A stretch of DNA of 41,434 nucleotides from Candidatus Pacearchaeota archaeon (lineage in GTDB: Archaea > Nanobdellota > Nanobdellia > Pacearchaeales > GW2011-AR1): positions 1-41,434 of the forward strand of contig JAMCXF010000006.1 of the NCBI GenBank assembly GCA_023475035.1, given 5' to 3'. The translations under genes and the position numbers were made by a program. The notes below the pieces were generated by a model that saw nothing but the letters and a program-made list of their open reading frames with translations, searched no databases and was not told the DNA's origin. Positions 25,406 to 34,360 of the stretch are shown in pieces (the first letter of the stretch is position 1; each line of letters starts with the position of its first letter).

Positions 25406-25916
25406 TTAATAAAATCCTTTGATGTCTTTATCTTTAGTAGACTTTGCTTCTTCAATCCATGTTTCAATTAAAAATTTTTCTGTTGTTCCATCAGCCATTC
25501 TTATGACAACCTTTTCAATTCCGGCATTAATAATTGCTTTCTGACATCCCTTGCAGGGATAAGAATCTGAAAGTCCTGTTCTGTCTCCGGAAAATTCTCC
25601 GGCAATATAAATTATAGAACCAAGAGTTCCTCCGTTATTTCTTGCAGCGTTTACAATTGCATTAACTTCAGCATGCATAGGTCCTGCCCTGCAAAAATCG
25701 TAACCTTTTCCTGCTTCTTTTTTGTTTTCATTTTTCAGGCAGCCATAATCAAGGCAATTAGGCGCACCTCTCACAGGGCCATTATAACCTGTAGAAATTA
25801 TAGAATCGTCTTTCACAATAATTGCTCCAAAATGCCCGTCGATTGCAAGTGCTTCGCTTGCTCATCTCAAGAGCAATATTCAGGTAAAAATCGTCTTTGC
25901 TAGGTCTCTTTTCCAT
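25406..25916 (-). pseudogene. dCMP deaminase (ComEB-like) with a single-base frameshift
   Basis: MEKRPSKDDFYLNIALEMSKRSTCNRR in one frame continues as HFGAIIVKDDSIISTGYNG..HAEVNAI..PCKGC in another; one extra G at 25835-25837. Confidence 0.85.
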
Positions 25917-25976
25917 AATAAAAATAGTTTTTAGTTGTATAAAAACATAATTAAACTGCAATAGATACGTCAAAAA

Positions 25977-26675
25977 ATGAAAATAGTTAACACAAAACCA
26001 ATTTTTAACATTTTTTCGAAAAAAACAGAAAAGCCTAAAGTTGAAACAGAAAAGCAAAAAGTTATTGCAGATTACAGAGAAAAAAGTTCTCTTGTTGCTT
26101 CTGAATTAATTTCTCTTGGAATTGAAGTTGAATTTAGGGAACTGAAAGTAGCAGATTATCTCGTGAATAATGTCGCAATAGAAAGGAAAACAATTTCAGA
26201 TTTTATTTCCTCTATGATTAACCAAAGAATCAAAAGGCAATTAGAAGAAATCCAGCAATACGAAAAAAAATTTTTGATAATTGAAGGAATTGATGAGCAG
26301 GAACTTTACAGCGACGATTCAACAGAAGGAGTCAGTGCAAATGCAATAAGAGGTTTTCTTCTTTCAATAATTCTGAAATTCCGGATTCCTGTTATTTTTA
26401 CAAAAAATTTTGAAGATACGGCAAGGTTCATAAATGTCCTCGCGAGAAAAAAAGAAAAAGAATCTTCGCTGAATGTTTCAAAAAAGACACTGAATAAAAA
26501 AGAAAGAATGCAGTTTATTTTAGAAGCATTTCCTGGAGTTGGCCCAAAAACAGCAAAAAAACTTCTTGAAGAGTTCAAAACAATAAAAAATATTATGAAT
26601 GCTTCAGCAGAAAATTTGGAAAAAGCTATAGGAAAAAAAGCAGAAGTTTTCAGGATTGTTGGGGAAGATTATTAA
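25977..26675 (+). CDS. ERCC4/XPF nuclease with HhH domain (nuclease half of Hef)
   Basis: ADYREK, ADYL...IERKTISDF, LIIEG; HhH motif FPGVGPKTAKKLL. Confidence 0.92.
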   Translation: MKIVNTKPIFNIFSKKTEKPKVETEKQKVIADYREKSSLVASELISLGIEVEFRELKVADYLVNNVAIERKTISDFISSMINQRIKRQLEEIQQYEKKFLIIEGIDEQELYSDDSTEGVSANAIRGFLLSIILKFRIPVIFTKNFEDTARFINVLARKKEKESSLNVSKKTLNKKERMQFILEAFPGVGPKTAKKLLEEFKTIKNIMNASAENLEKAIGKKAEVFRIVGEDY

Positions 26676-26898
26676 GCAAAAATTTCATAATTTCATCTTC
26701 ATAAAATTTGTCAATTCTCCATATCAAGGTGGAAGGTCTCATATTTCGCTTGTCAATAAATTGATAAATCATTCTGACAATTTCCCCACCATAATCTCCA
26801 TTGAAAGAATTTACCCAGTCAGTAAATTGAACATATGATTTATTGTTATAATTCTCTTTTGCCTGAGAAAGAAGTTCTTTTATTTTTTCTTCATACAT
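26650..26898 (-). CDS. hypothetical protein
   Basis: 82-aa ORF with ATG start; convergent 26-bp overlap with the ERCC4 gene. Confidence 0.55.
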   Translation of the reverse strand: MYEEKIKELLSQAKENYNNKSYVQFTDWVNSFNGDYGGEIVRMIYQFIDKRNMRPSTLIWRIDKFYEDEIMKFLLNNLPQQS

Positions 26899-26951
26899 TA
26901 AAATATAATATGTTTTGCTTTGTTTTTAAAAAAATAGTTATGAGAAAATGT

Positions 26952-26968
26952 CTTTTGCAATGCAAAAG
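26952..26968. promoter_or_regulatory. perfect palindrome next to a TATA-like box
   Basis: CTTTTGCA-A-TGCAAAAG directly beside TTATATAAAA. Confidence 0.4.
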
Positions 26969-26996
26969 TTATATAAAACTTGGTTGTCTTTATTTT

Positions 26997-27533
26997 TTAT
27001 ATTTTTAACCTATATGTTTCAAGATTTTCATAAATCGGTCCTGGTCTTCGCACAACAGATTTTTTAAGATAAAATTTTTCTATTATAAAGTTCATTTTAG
27101 GTATTTTTATTTTGTTTAATTCAGCAAAAAATTTCTTGTCATTTTTTATTTCTTTAATTCTTGCGATTGTCAGATGAGCCATGAATCTTTTCTCCTTCTC
27201 GAATAATGTCTCAAGTTTTGAATCAATTTGTTTTTGTAATTCGTCGCAGTTTGTCATGTGAAGCCAGATAATTAATTGTTTCCTGTATCCTCGTCGATTA
27301 TCGAAAAAACCAATGGAATCAATATCAGTTCCAAAAGAATTAATCTTAATTTCTCTCAATTTATTTTTTATTTTTCCCAGTTTCTTTTCATCAACTTCTC
27401 CTAAAAATTTCAGTGTTAGATGCAGATTTTCTTTTTCAGTTATTTTTCCTTTGAATTCAGGCAATTTTTTCTGAATGTCAATTATTCTCTCTTTGATTTC
27501 TTCAGGAATATCAATTGCAATAAATGTTCGCAT
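26997..27533 (-). CDS. thpR: RNA 2',3'-cyclic phosphodiesterase (2H family, LigT)
   Basis: MRTFIAID; two HxT motifs, HLTLKFLG and HLTIAR. Confidence 0.92.
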   Translation of the reverse strand: MRTFIAIDIPEEIKERIIDIQKKLPEFKGKITEKENLHLTLKFLGEVDEKKLGKIKNKLREIKINSFGTDIDSIGFFDNRRGYRKQLIIWLHMTNCDELQKQIDSKLETLFEKEKRFMAHLTIARIKEIKNDKKFFAELNKIKIPKMNFIIEKFYLKKSVVRRPGPIYENLETYRLKI

Positions 27534-27534
27534 T

Positions 27535-28341
27535 TTATAATAGTTCAGCAAGAATTTTAGCGCCAAGTTTTATTGTAATATTTTCTTTTTTTCTGTCTTC
27601 TTTTTCATTAATTTCAACAATGTCAACTGCTCTCAAAGTTTTAATTTTTTTTATTCGCTGAATCAGATAAATAAATTGTCTGCTTGTCAAACCACCAACT
27701 TCAGGATAGCCAGTCGAAGGAGCAAAAACAGGGTCAATAACATCAATATCGATTGAAACATAAAGTTCCTTGCCGTTTGAAAATTCCATTATCGTATCAC
27801 AAATATCAGGCAAATCTTCGGTAAGAGAATTCATTGAAATAGTTTTTATTTTATTTTCTTTTATGAATTTTATTTCTGTTTTTTCTATATTTCTCGCTCC
27901 GACAATCAAAATATTTTCCGAGGGAAAACCCTCTTCGACTAATTTTCTTACCCATTCCTCATGTGTGGGTTCTTTCATTGGTTCCATGCAGTCGGCGTGA
28001 GCATCAAAAATAATCAGACATGGTTTTCTTTTCTCATTTTTGCAATTTTTTAAAAAGGCCTTAACAATTGGATAACTTATAGAATGGTCTCCTCCTAAAA
28101 AAATTGTCTTTGGTTTCGTTTCAAAAGTTTCGAGAGAATTCTCATAAATTAATTTTCCTGTCAATTCTAAGTTAGAATTATCGAGGTGGATTTCTTCCAA
28201 ATCAAGCAGATTTGTGTCAATTATTGTTCCTTGTTCATTGCTGTGAATTTCTTTCAATGATTCGATTATTGCATTTCCTGCTCTCTCGCATCCTTTTGTT
28301 TTCCCGATGCCATTTATTCCTGGAACTTTTACGATGAACAT
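27535..28341 (-). CDS. arginase/agmatinase family ureohydrolase
   Basis: GGDHS, DAHAD, SIDIDVIDP.FAP.TG, DIVEIN. Confidence 0.9.
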   Translation of the reverse strand: MFIVKVPGINGIGKTKGCERAGNAIIESLKEIHSNEQGTIIDTNLLDLEEIHLDNSNLELTGKLIYENSLETFETKPKTIFLGGDHSISYPIVKAFLKNCKNEKRKPCLIIFDAHADCMEPMKEPTHEEWVRKLVEEGFPSENILIVGARNIEKTEIKFIKENKIKTISMNSLTEDLPDICDTIMEFSNGKELYVSIDIDVIDPVFAPSTGYPEVGGLTSRQFIYLIQRIKKIKTLRAVDIVEINEKEDRKKENITIKLGAKILAELL

Positions 28342-28379
28342 AAAGAACAATAATCAAAGAAGTTTTTAAGATTTCTTAA

Positions 28380-28568
28380 TTAAATACATTTCTTGAAGCT
28401 TTGAAAACAACCTTTGACTGCACAATGAAGCTCAGAATAATATAAATAAATTCCAATTGAAATTGCGGCAACTAAGAGAATAATCAAAGAGAAAATTATA
28501 ATATTTCTTATTCTATGTTTGTTATTCTTACCAAAAATCTTGTTACAAAACCTCATCATCTTTTTCAT
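28380..28568 (-). CDS. small single-TM hypothetical protein
   Basis: Basic N-terminus plus one TM helix; TATA-like TTTTATAA upstream. Confidence 0.55.
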   Translation of the reverse strand: MKKMMRFCNKIFGKNNKHRIRNIIIFSLIILLVAAISIGIYLYYSELHCAVKGCFQSFKKCI

Positions 28569-28599
28569 GATACAATAAAAGAAAATAAGTTTATAAAAG

Positions 28600-29799
28600 C
28601 TATTCCGGCACCAAAGCCAAAAAGCTGTGTTTTTTTATTTTTGCAATTTCTTTAACATCCTTCAATTTGACTTCAGAAATGTTTTTTTCAAATTCGTAAA
28701 ATTTGTTTGCATTGCCGTCAATTTCATACAAAAGAAGATTGATTAATTGTGATTGAGAATCTTCCATTCCGATGTGATAATTTCCGATTAACTGTTCTTT
28801 TACCTGATTGAGCTCTTTTTCAGTAAGCCCATCAGCAACTTTCCTGAATTCCTCAAGAATTATTTTTCTGACAAGTTCCATATTTTCCTTCGTAGTCCCG
28901 ACAAAAATTATGTTATATGCAAAAAGTTTGTTTATGTTTGAGTCTCCTTTCACAGAATAAGCGAGATTCCTTTTTTCCCTTATCTCGCTGAATAGCCTCG
29001 AAGACATTCCTCCTGCCATCAAAGTTCCAAGAACTTCTGCAGCATAACTTTTCTTTTCTGAAGACAACGGAACATGATAAGCAAGAACAAGATTAACCTG
29101 ATCAATTCCTTTTCTTTTTTCAATTCTTGACGAATTTTTTTTAGAAAAATTAAGTTTAGGAATTTTTCCTTTTATGTTTCCGAAATTCTTTTCTGCAAAT
29201 TCTACAATTTCATTAAAGTCTGCATCGCCGACAATTCCAAGAATCAGATTATTCGGCTGATAAACTTGCCTGAATTTCTCAACAATTTTTTTTCTGTCAA
29301 TGGATTTCATTGTGTCATAAGTTCCAATCAAATTTTGCCCGAGAGTTCCGGTGTATAACTCTCCCTGTATGCTGTCAAGGACATGAATATGAGGATTGTC
29401 CTTTCTCATTTTAATTTCTTCAAAAATTACTTTTCTTTCTTTTTCCAGTTCTTTTTCGTCGAATAAGGGATTTTTCACCATGTCGCTTAAAACTTCAAGG
29501 GCAATTTTCAAATGTTTGCTCGGCATCTTGCACCAGTAAGCCGTTATTGTCTCGTCAGTAAAACCATTCAAATCTCCTCCGTTCTTTTCAATCTCTTCAG
29601 CAATCTTTTTTGCATCTCTGCTCGGAGTTCCTTTGTAAAGCATATGTTCTATAAAATGAGAAATGCCTTTTTCAGAAAGAGTTTCATTTATTCCTCCGTT
29701 TCGCACAGCAAAAGCAACGCTGACAATAGGAAGATTTCTCTTTTCAAAAATTATAGTCATGCCGTTTCTTAGAACTTTTCTGTAAAATTGTGGCTTCAT
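28600..29799 (-). CDS. M16 family zinc peptidase (pitrilysin-like)
   Basis: HFIEHMLYKGT (HxxEH), NGFT, GGMSSRLFSEIREKRNLAY. Confidence 0.93.
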   Translation of the reverse strand: MKPQFYRKVLRNGMTIIFEKRNLPIVSVAFAVRNGGINETLSEKGISHFIEHMLYKGTPSRDAKKIAEEIEKNGGDLNGFTDETITAYWCKMPSKHLKIALEVLSDMVKNPLFDEKELEKERKVIFEEIKMRKDNPHIHVLDSIQGELYTGTLGQNLIGTYDTMKSIDRKKIVEKFRQVYQPNNLILGIVGDADFNEIVEFAEKNFGNIKGKIPKLNFSKKNSSRIEKRKGIDQVNLVLAYHVPLSSEKKSYAAEVLGTLMAGGMSSRLFSEIREKRNLAYSVKGDSNINKLFAYNIIFVGTTKENMELVRKIILEEFRKVADGLTEKELNQVKEQLIGNYHIGMEDSQSQLINLLLYEIDGNANKFYEFEKNISEVKLKDVKEIAKIKKHSFLALVPE

Positions 29800-29829
29800 A
29801 AGATAGAAAAAAGTATTGAATATATAAAA

Positions 29830-30585
29830 TTATTTGTTAAAAACCAAATACCTTTCGCCCCCGAGTTCAAAATCATCCAATAGATTAAAATGTTCTTTGA
29901 CAAAATCAACAATCCAGTTCCTTTTTGCCCTGAATTTCTCTCTGCTCCCCAAACTTCTTGTAGCAAAACTTACAACAATTTTATCAGCAATTTCAGCAAT
30001 TTCAGAAATCAACTCTTTTGAATAATTCGGCTTCAAGCTTTCAAGAGCATCAATAACCTTAAACAAAAATACAATCCTCGGTTTCTTTTCTTCTTCAATT
30101 GTTTTCTTAACTTTTTCAGTTTCAAATAAACTTAGATGAATTGCTCTGGCATTTAATTTTTCTTTTCCAAAATAAAAATTCATAAGTTCAACAAGCTGTC
30201 CGACAGATTCAATTGCAGTGTATTTTTTTTTCCTGCCCAAATAGTCATATGAAAATCCATTAATTCCTGCTCCCAAATCAATCACACTTGCAATTTTTTC
30301 CTCTCCAAAAATTCGGCTGTAAATTTTTCCATAATAAGGAAGCCTCTCGCGTGTTGAGATATGCTTTCTTAAAATCCATTCAGTATCTTTGTTCTTCAAT
30401 GACAAAAGTTTTTGGCTGATAAATGCGCTAAAAACCTTCCTCAGTAATTCTTTTGTCAGTTTGATTTTTTCATCGTCGCTGGCTTGTATTTTTTCATAAT
30501 GGCTAAATGCATTTTCAATATCTTTTTCAGGAAGCTGGGAAAATTCTCTTTTCTCGCGTATTTTATCCAAAAGTTGCTTGTTCAT
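29830..30585 (-). CDS. ArmA/Rmt/Sgm (FmrO-family)-like 16S rRNA methyltransferase homolog
   Basis: HISTRERL, DLGAGINGFS, FLFKVIDALE and VVSFATRSLG follow the family motif order HxSTxERL / DxxCGxNP / LLK / VSFPTxSL. Confidence 0.75.
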   Translation of the reverse strand: MNKQLLDKIREKREFSQLPEKDIENAFSHYEKIQASDDEKIKLTKELLRKVFSAFISQKLLSLKNKDTEWILRKHISTRERLPYYGKIYSRIFGEEKIASVIDLGAGINGFSYDYLGRKKKYTAIESVGQLVELMNFYFGKEKLNARAIHLSLFETEKVKKTIEEEKKPRIVFLFKVIDALESLKPNYSKELISEIAEIADKIVVSFATRSLGSREKFRAKRNWIVDFVKEHFNLLDDFELGGERYLVFNK

Positions 30586-30622
30586 AAAATATTTTAAGCC
30601 CAGCAAGTTTAAAAGTTATATC

Positions 30623-31537
30623 ATGGCATCAACAAACCAGTCTCCATTTTATCAAAAAGCAGAAGAAAAGTTTTTAGCAGCGCAAACAGATGAAGAAAGG
30701 ATTACTTATTTGGAAGAAATGATTAGAGAATGCCCGAAGCATAAATCTTCCGAAAAAATGCTTGCTAATCTTAAAACAAGATATATCAAGTTAAAAAAGA
30801 AAATAGAAACTGAAAAGAAAACAAAAAAGTCTTCAGGAAAAGTCGGAATAAAAAAAGAAGATTTGCAGGCAGTTATCGTAGGAAAAACAAAAACAGGAAA
30901 ATCCTCGTTAATTTCTCTTCTTACTAACGCAAAACCAGAAATATCAAGTCATGAGTTTGCAACAAAAACTCCTGTTATTGGGATGATGAATTATAATGGA
31001 GTTCCAATCCAGTTAATAGAAGTTCCAGCAATTGAATCTGAATATTATGACAGAGGAATTGTAAACTCAGCAGACACGGTTTTGATTTTAATAACTGATT
31101 TATCGCAGATTTCAGAGATTGAAAAAATAATTGAAAGAGCCCCGGGCAAAAGAATAATTCTCTTCGGGAAAACAGATTTGCTTTCGGAAAATGAAAAAAG
31201 AAAAATTTCTGCAACTCTGCAAAGCAGAAAGTATAATTTTCTTTTAATCTCTTCAAAAACAAAAGAGAATATTGAACAGTTTAAGGAAAAACTTTTTCAG
31301 AGTTTTGGAAAAATAAGAATTTACACAAAAGAGCCGGGAAAGGAAAAATCAAATCGCCCGATAATTTTATTGCCTGATGGTTCAGTAAGAAAGGTTGCAG
31401 AAAAAATCCTGAAAGGATTTTCATCAAAAATAAAAGAAACAAGAATCTGGGGACCAAGTTCAAAATACCCCGGACAAGTTGTGGGGTTAAATCACAAGTT
31501 AAAAGATATGGATATCGTCGAGTTTAAGACGAGATAA
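30623..31537 (+). CDS. DRG/OBG-like GTPase with TGS domain
   Basis: PKHKSSEKM, P-loop GKTKTGKSSL, IRIYTKEPG, GQVVGLNHKLKDMDIVE. Confidence 0.87.
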   Translation: MASTNQSPFYQKAEEKFLAAQTDEERITYLEEMIRECPKHKSSEKMLANLKTRYIKLKKKIETEKKTKKSSGKVGIKKEDLQAVIVGKTKTGKSSLISLLTNAKPEISSHEFATKTPVIGMMNYNGVPIQLIEVPAIESEYYDRGIVNSADTVLILITDLSQISEIEKIIERAPGKRIILFGKTDLLSENEKRKISATLQSRKYNFLLISSKTKENIEQFKEKLFQSFGKIRIYTKEPGKEKSNRPIILLPDGSVRKVAEKILKGFSSKIKETRIWGPSSKYPGQVVGLNHKLKDMDIVEFKTR

Positions 31538-31584
31538 GTTGAATGCGTCAAATTAGATTATTGATAGGCGACTTTCAAGTTATC
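31533..31584. terminator. imperfect inverted repeat between convergent genes
   Basis: GATAAGTTGAA ... TTCAAGTTATC (10/11) with inner TCAA/TTGA pairing. Confidence 0.35.
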
Positions 31585-31592
31585 GAGTAGCG

Positions 31593-32609
31593 TTAACCAT
31601 AAGCTTCCTTTTCTAATTTTTCAAGAATTTTCCGTTCCTTTTGAATTGGTTTTATTATTTCAATAATTTCATTTGCAACTGCATTTTTCAAATCAAGAGG
31701 ATGAAGTTTTTTCGCAACAAAATCTTTTTCAACTTCTTCATAACTTTTGTATTCCAAATCTCCTCCGTATTTTTTATCTCTTTTGATAATAAATTTCTTG
31801 TTGTTGTCTTTCTTGATTGTCATTATCACATATTTCAAAAAAGCCATTACTCCATTATCAGGATTTCCTGCAACACAATCAGCATCATTAACTTTTTTTC
31901 TTATTATTTCTTCATCATCAAGAAAGTCTATTTTTGTTTTGGAATCTGAAGATGACATTTTCTTTCCTACGAGTCCTGGAATCAAAGGATTCATGATTTC
32001 AATTCTTCTTTTGTATCCTAGTTTAGGAAGATTTTCCCTCGCTAAAACCATAATTTTCCTCTGGTCTGTTCCGCCAAGCTGACAATCAACCTCTAAATAT
32101 TGCTCGTCCATCGCCTGCATTATTGGATAAATAATTCCTGAAAGTTTCGGATTGTCTCCCATTTTAACAACATCAGAAGCAGCCTTTGTCGCATCGTGAA
32201 CAGAAACATGAGAAGACATTTGAAGAACATCATACATATATTCTGGTTTAAGCTGCATTTCGCTTCCCTGAATAATTTCAAGGTCCTTGATATCAACGCC
32301 GATTGATTTTATGATTAAAGGAATAATCTTTTTGTAGTATTCATATCTCTTGTCCACAATTTCCCAGCTAACATTGTCTAAGGCAGCATGCAAATCCGCC
32401 AAAAGAATTTTTACATGAAAACCTGCTTTCAATAAGTCAGCAATTTTCAGAGCAGGAAATAAATACCCAATATGAGGCCTTCCTGTAGGTGCAGTTCCCC
32501 AGTAAACAACAGGTTTTTTCTTTTTTTTGAGAAGTTCTTTAAGTTCATCCTCTGTAATTATTTCTTCAGTATTCCTCTTGATAAGCTCAAGTCTTTTCTC
32601 AACATCCAT
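31593..32609 (-). CDS. tyrS: tyrosine--tRNA ligase (archaeal type)
   Basis: YWGTAPTGRPHIGY, YPIMQAMD, GGTDQRK, KMSSS, LHPLDLK. Confidence 0.95.
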   Translation of the reverse strand: MDVEKRLELIKRNTEEIITEDELKELLKKKKKPVVYWGTAPTGRPHIGYLFPALKIADLLKAGFHVKILLADLHAALDNVSWEIVDKRYEYYKKIIPLIIKSIGVDIKDLEIIQGSEMQLKPEYMYDVLQMSSHVSVHDATKAASDVVKMGDNPKLSGIIYPIMQAMDEQYLEVDCQLGGTDQRKIMVLARENLPKLGYKRRIEIMNPLIPGLVGKKMSSSDSKTKIDFLDDEEIIRKKVNDADCVAGNPDNGVMAFLKYVIMTIKKDNNKKFIIKRDKKYGGDLEYKSYEEVEKDFVAKKLHPLDLKNAVANEIIEIIKPIQKERKILEKLEKEAYG

Positions 32610-32684
32610 TCAAAATAGAGAAATCAATGATTATTAAAACTTTTCCACATATAAAAATAAAAACTATTTCCTGATTTTTTCTCT

Positions 32685-33878
32685 ATGATTTTAGGAATTT
32701 TAATTTCAATCCTTTTTGGAGTTCTTGCAGGAACTTTCACAGGGCTTGCTCCGGGAGTTCATATAAACATCATCGGGGCAATTTTAATAAGTTTATCAGC
32801 AACAATTTTCTCAGGAATTGAACCGATTTATCTGATTTTGTTTGTGGCGTCAATGGCAATTGCCCATACATTCATTGATTTTATTCCTTCAATTTTTCTT
32901 GGCTGTCCTGACACAGAAACTCAGCTCTCAGTTCTTCCAGGACATGAATTGTTAAAAGAAGGAAAAGGGTATGAAGCAGTTTTGCTCACAGCTTACGGAG
33001 GATTGATTGCAGTTTTCATTTTTGTTTTGATTGCTTTCCCGACAGCATTTTTAGTTTCAAAAATTTACGAAACAGTTCATTCAGCAATGTTTTGGATTTT
33101 GCTTGCAACTTCATTGATATTAATATTTACAGAAAAAAAGAAATTCACTGCATTTTTTGTTTTGGTTATTTCAGGAATTTTTGGATTATGTGTTTTAAAT
33201 TTAGAAATTAAAGAACCTCTTCTTCCTCTTCTTACAGGATTGTTTGGAAGTTCTCTTCTTGTAATGAGCATAAAGAACAAAATAGAAATTCCAAAACAGG
33301 AAATAACAAAACCAGATTGCAAACTTTTCAGGCCAATTCTTGGCTCATTGATTGCTTCTCCTTTGTGCGGTTTTCTTCCAGGACTTGGAAGCGGACAGGC
33401 AGCAGTTTTGGGGAATGCTATCTCTAAAACTGAAAGAAAAGGATTTCTTGTTCTCGTCGGTGCAACGAATATTCTTGTGATGGGCTTGTCTTTTGTTTCT
33501 TTGTATGCAATTTCCAAAACACGGACAGGAGCAGCTGCAACAATTCAGGAAATTATTGGTGTTCTTTCCTGGAAAATCTTATTGATGATATTATTTGCAG
33601 TTTTAATAAGCGGTGTGATTTCTTTTTTATTGGCAAAAATTATTGCAAAGTTTTTTTCTCAAAAAATAGGAAAGATAAATTATGCAATTCTTTCAATTGT
33701 GACTCTTGTTTTTCTTGCAGTTATTGTTTTATTCTTTTCTGGAATTATTGGACTCTTGATTCTTTTTGCGTCGACATTGGTGGGAATTTATTGCAACTCT
33801 CTTCCTGTAAAGAAAACAAATATGATGGGATGCCTGCTTATTCCGACAATGATTTATTACTTCTTGCAAATTTTTTAA
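32685..33878 (+). CDS. TctA-family (tripartite tricarboxylate transporter-like) membrane protein
   Basis: GTFTGLAPGVH, DFIPSIFLGCP, VLPGHELL..G.G, PLLTGLFG, FLPGLG. Confidence 0.85.
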   Translation: MILGILISILFGVLAGTFTGLAPGVHINIIGAILISLSATIFSGIEPIYLILFVASMAIAHTFIDFIPSIFLGCPDTETQLSVLPGHELLKEGKGYEAVLLTAYGGLIAVFIFVLIAFPTAFLVSKIYETVHSAMFWILLATSLILIFTEKKKFTAFFVLVISGIFGLCVLNLEIKEPLLPLLTGLFGSSLLVMSIKNKIEIPKQEITKPDCKLFRPILGSLIASPLCGFLPGLGSGQAAVLGNAISKTERKGFLVLVGATNILVMGLSFVSLYAISKTRTGAAATIQEIIGVLSWKILLMILFAVLISGVISFLLAKIIAKFFSQKIGKINYAILSIVTLVFLAVIVLFFSGIIGLLILFASTLVGIYCNSLPVKKTNMMGCLLIPTMIYYFLQIF

Positions 33879-33931
33879 AAAGAAAAGATTTATTTACTTT
33901 TTTTTGTTAATAAATAAAAGGAGGTGAAAGA

Positions 33932-34327
33932 ATGGCAACTGAAAAAGAGATGAATCAGTCTAGTTTCATAAAGATTGCTAAAGAAATCAATGCTTATGCC
34001 GAAATCATTAAATCCAGGCAGAATCAAAAGCAGGTTATAATGAATGATTTTGACAAAGAACGTGAAAGATACAAAGCTGGAAAGATTTCAAAAGCTTCTC
34101 TTGCGTCTTCTGTTCCAAGAGTCAGGAAAGAACTTCAGAGACTTAACAAAGACATAAGAAGAAACATAATGCATCTTAACAAGACTGCAGACAGAGCAAA
34201 AAGATTTGCTACAAGTCAGACACCAAAGAATTTCCAGGTTTCTTTATCGGGAATAAATCTTGCTGGTGGGAAGAAAAAGAAAGCAGTTCATAAAACTAGG
34301 TCTCGAACAAGAAAGAGAAAGAGATAA
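33932..34327 (+). CDS. basic coiled-coil hypothetical protein
   Basis: Strong SD GGAGGTGA upstream; Lys/Arg-rich tail; followed by a T-rich tract. Confidence 0.8.
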   Translation: MATEKEMNQSSFIKIAKEINAYAEIIKSRQNQKQVIMNDFDKERERYKAGKISKASLASSVPRVRKELQRLNKDIRRNIMHLNKTADRAKRFATSQTPKNFQVSLSGINLAGGKKKKAVHKTRSRTRKRKR

Positions 34328-34360
34328 ATAAATTTTTTATTTTTTTATTTTTTAAAATTT
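34328..34360. terminator. oligo-T tract, likely archaeal terminator
   Basis: Runs of T5-T7 between convergent genes. Confidence 0.4.

Noticed and set aside
25917..26057. N-terminal part of track ORF 25782..26057
   Set aside because: Overlaps the ERCC4 gene antisense; only the portion from ATG 25916 is the deaminase N-terminus.
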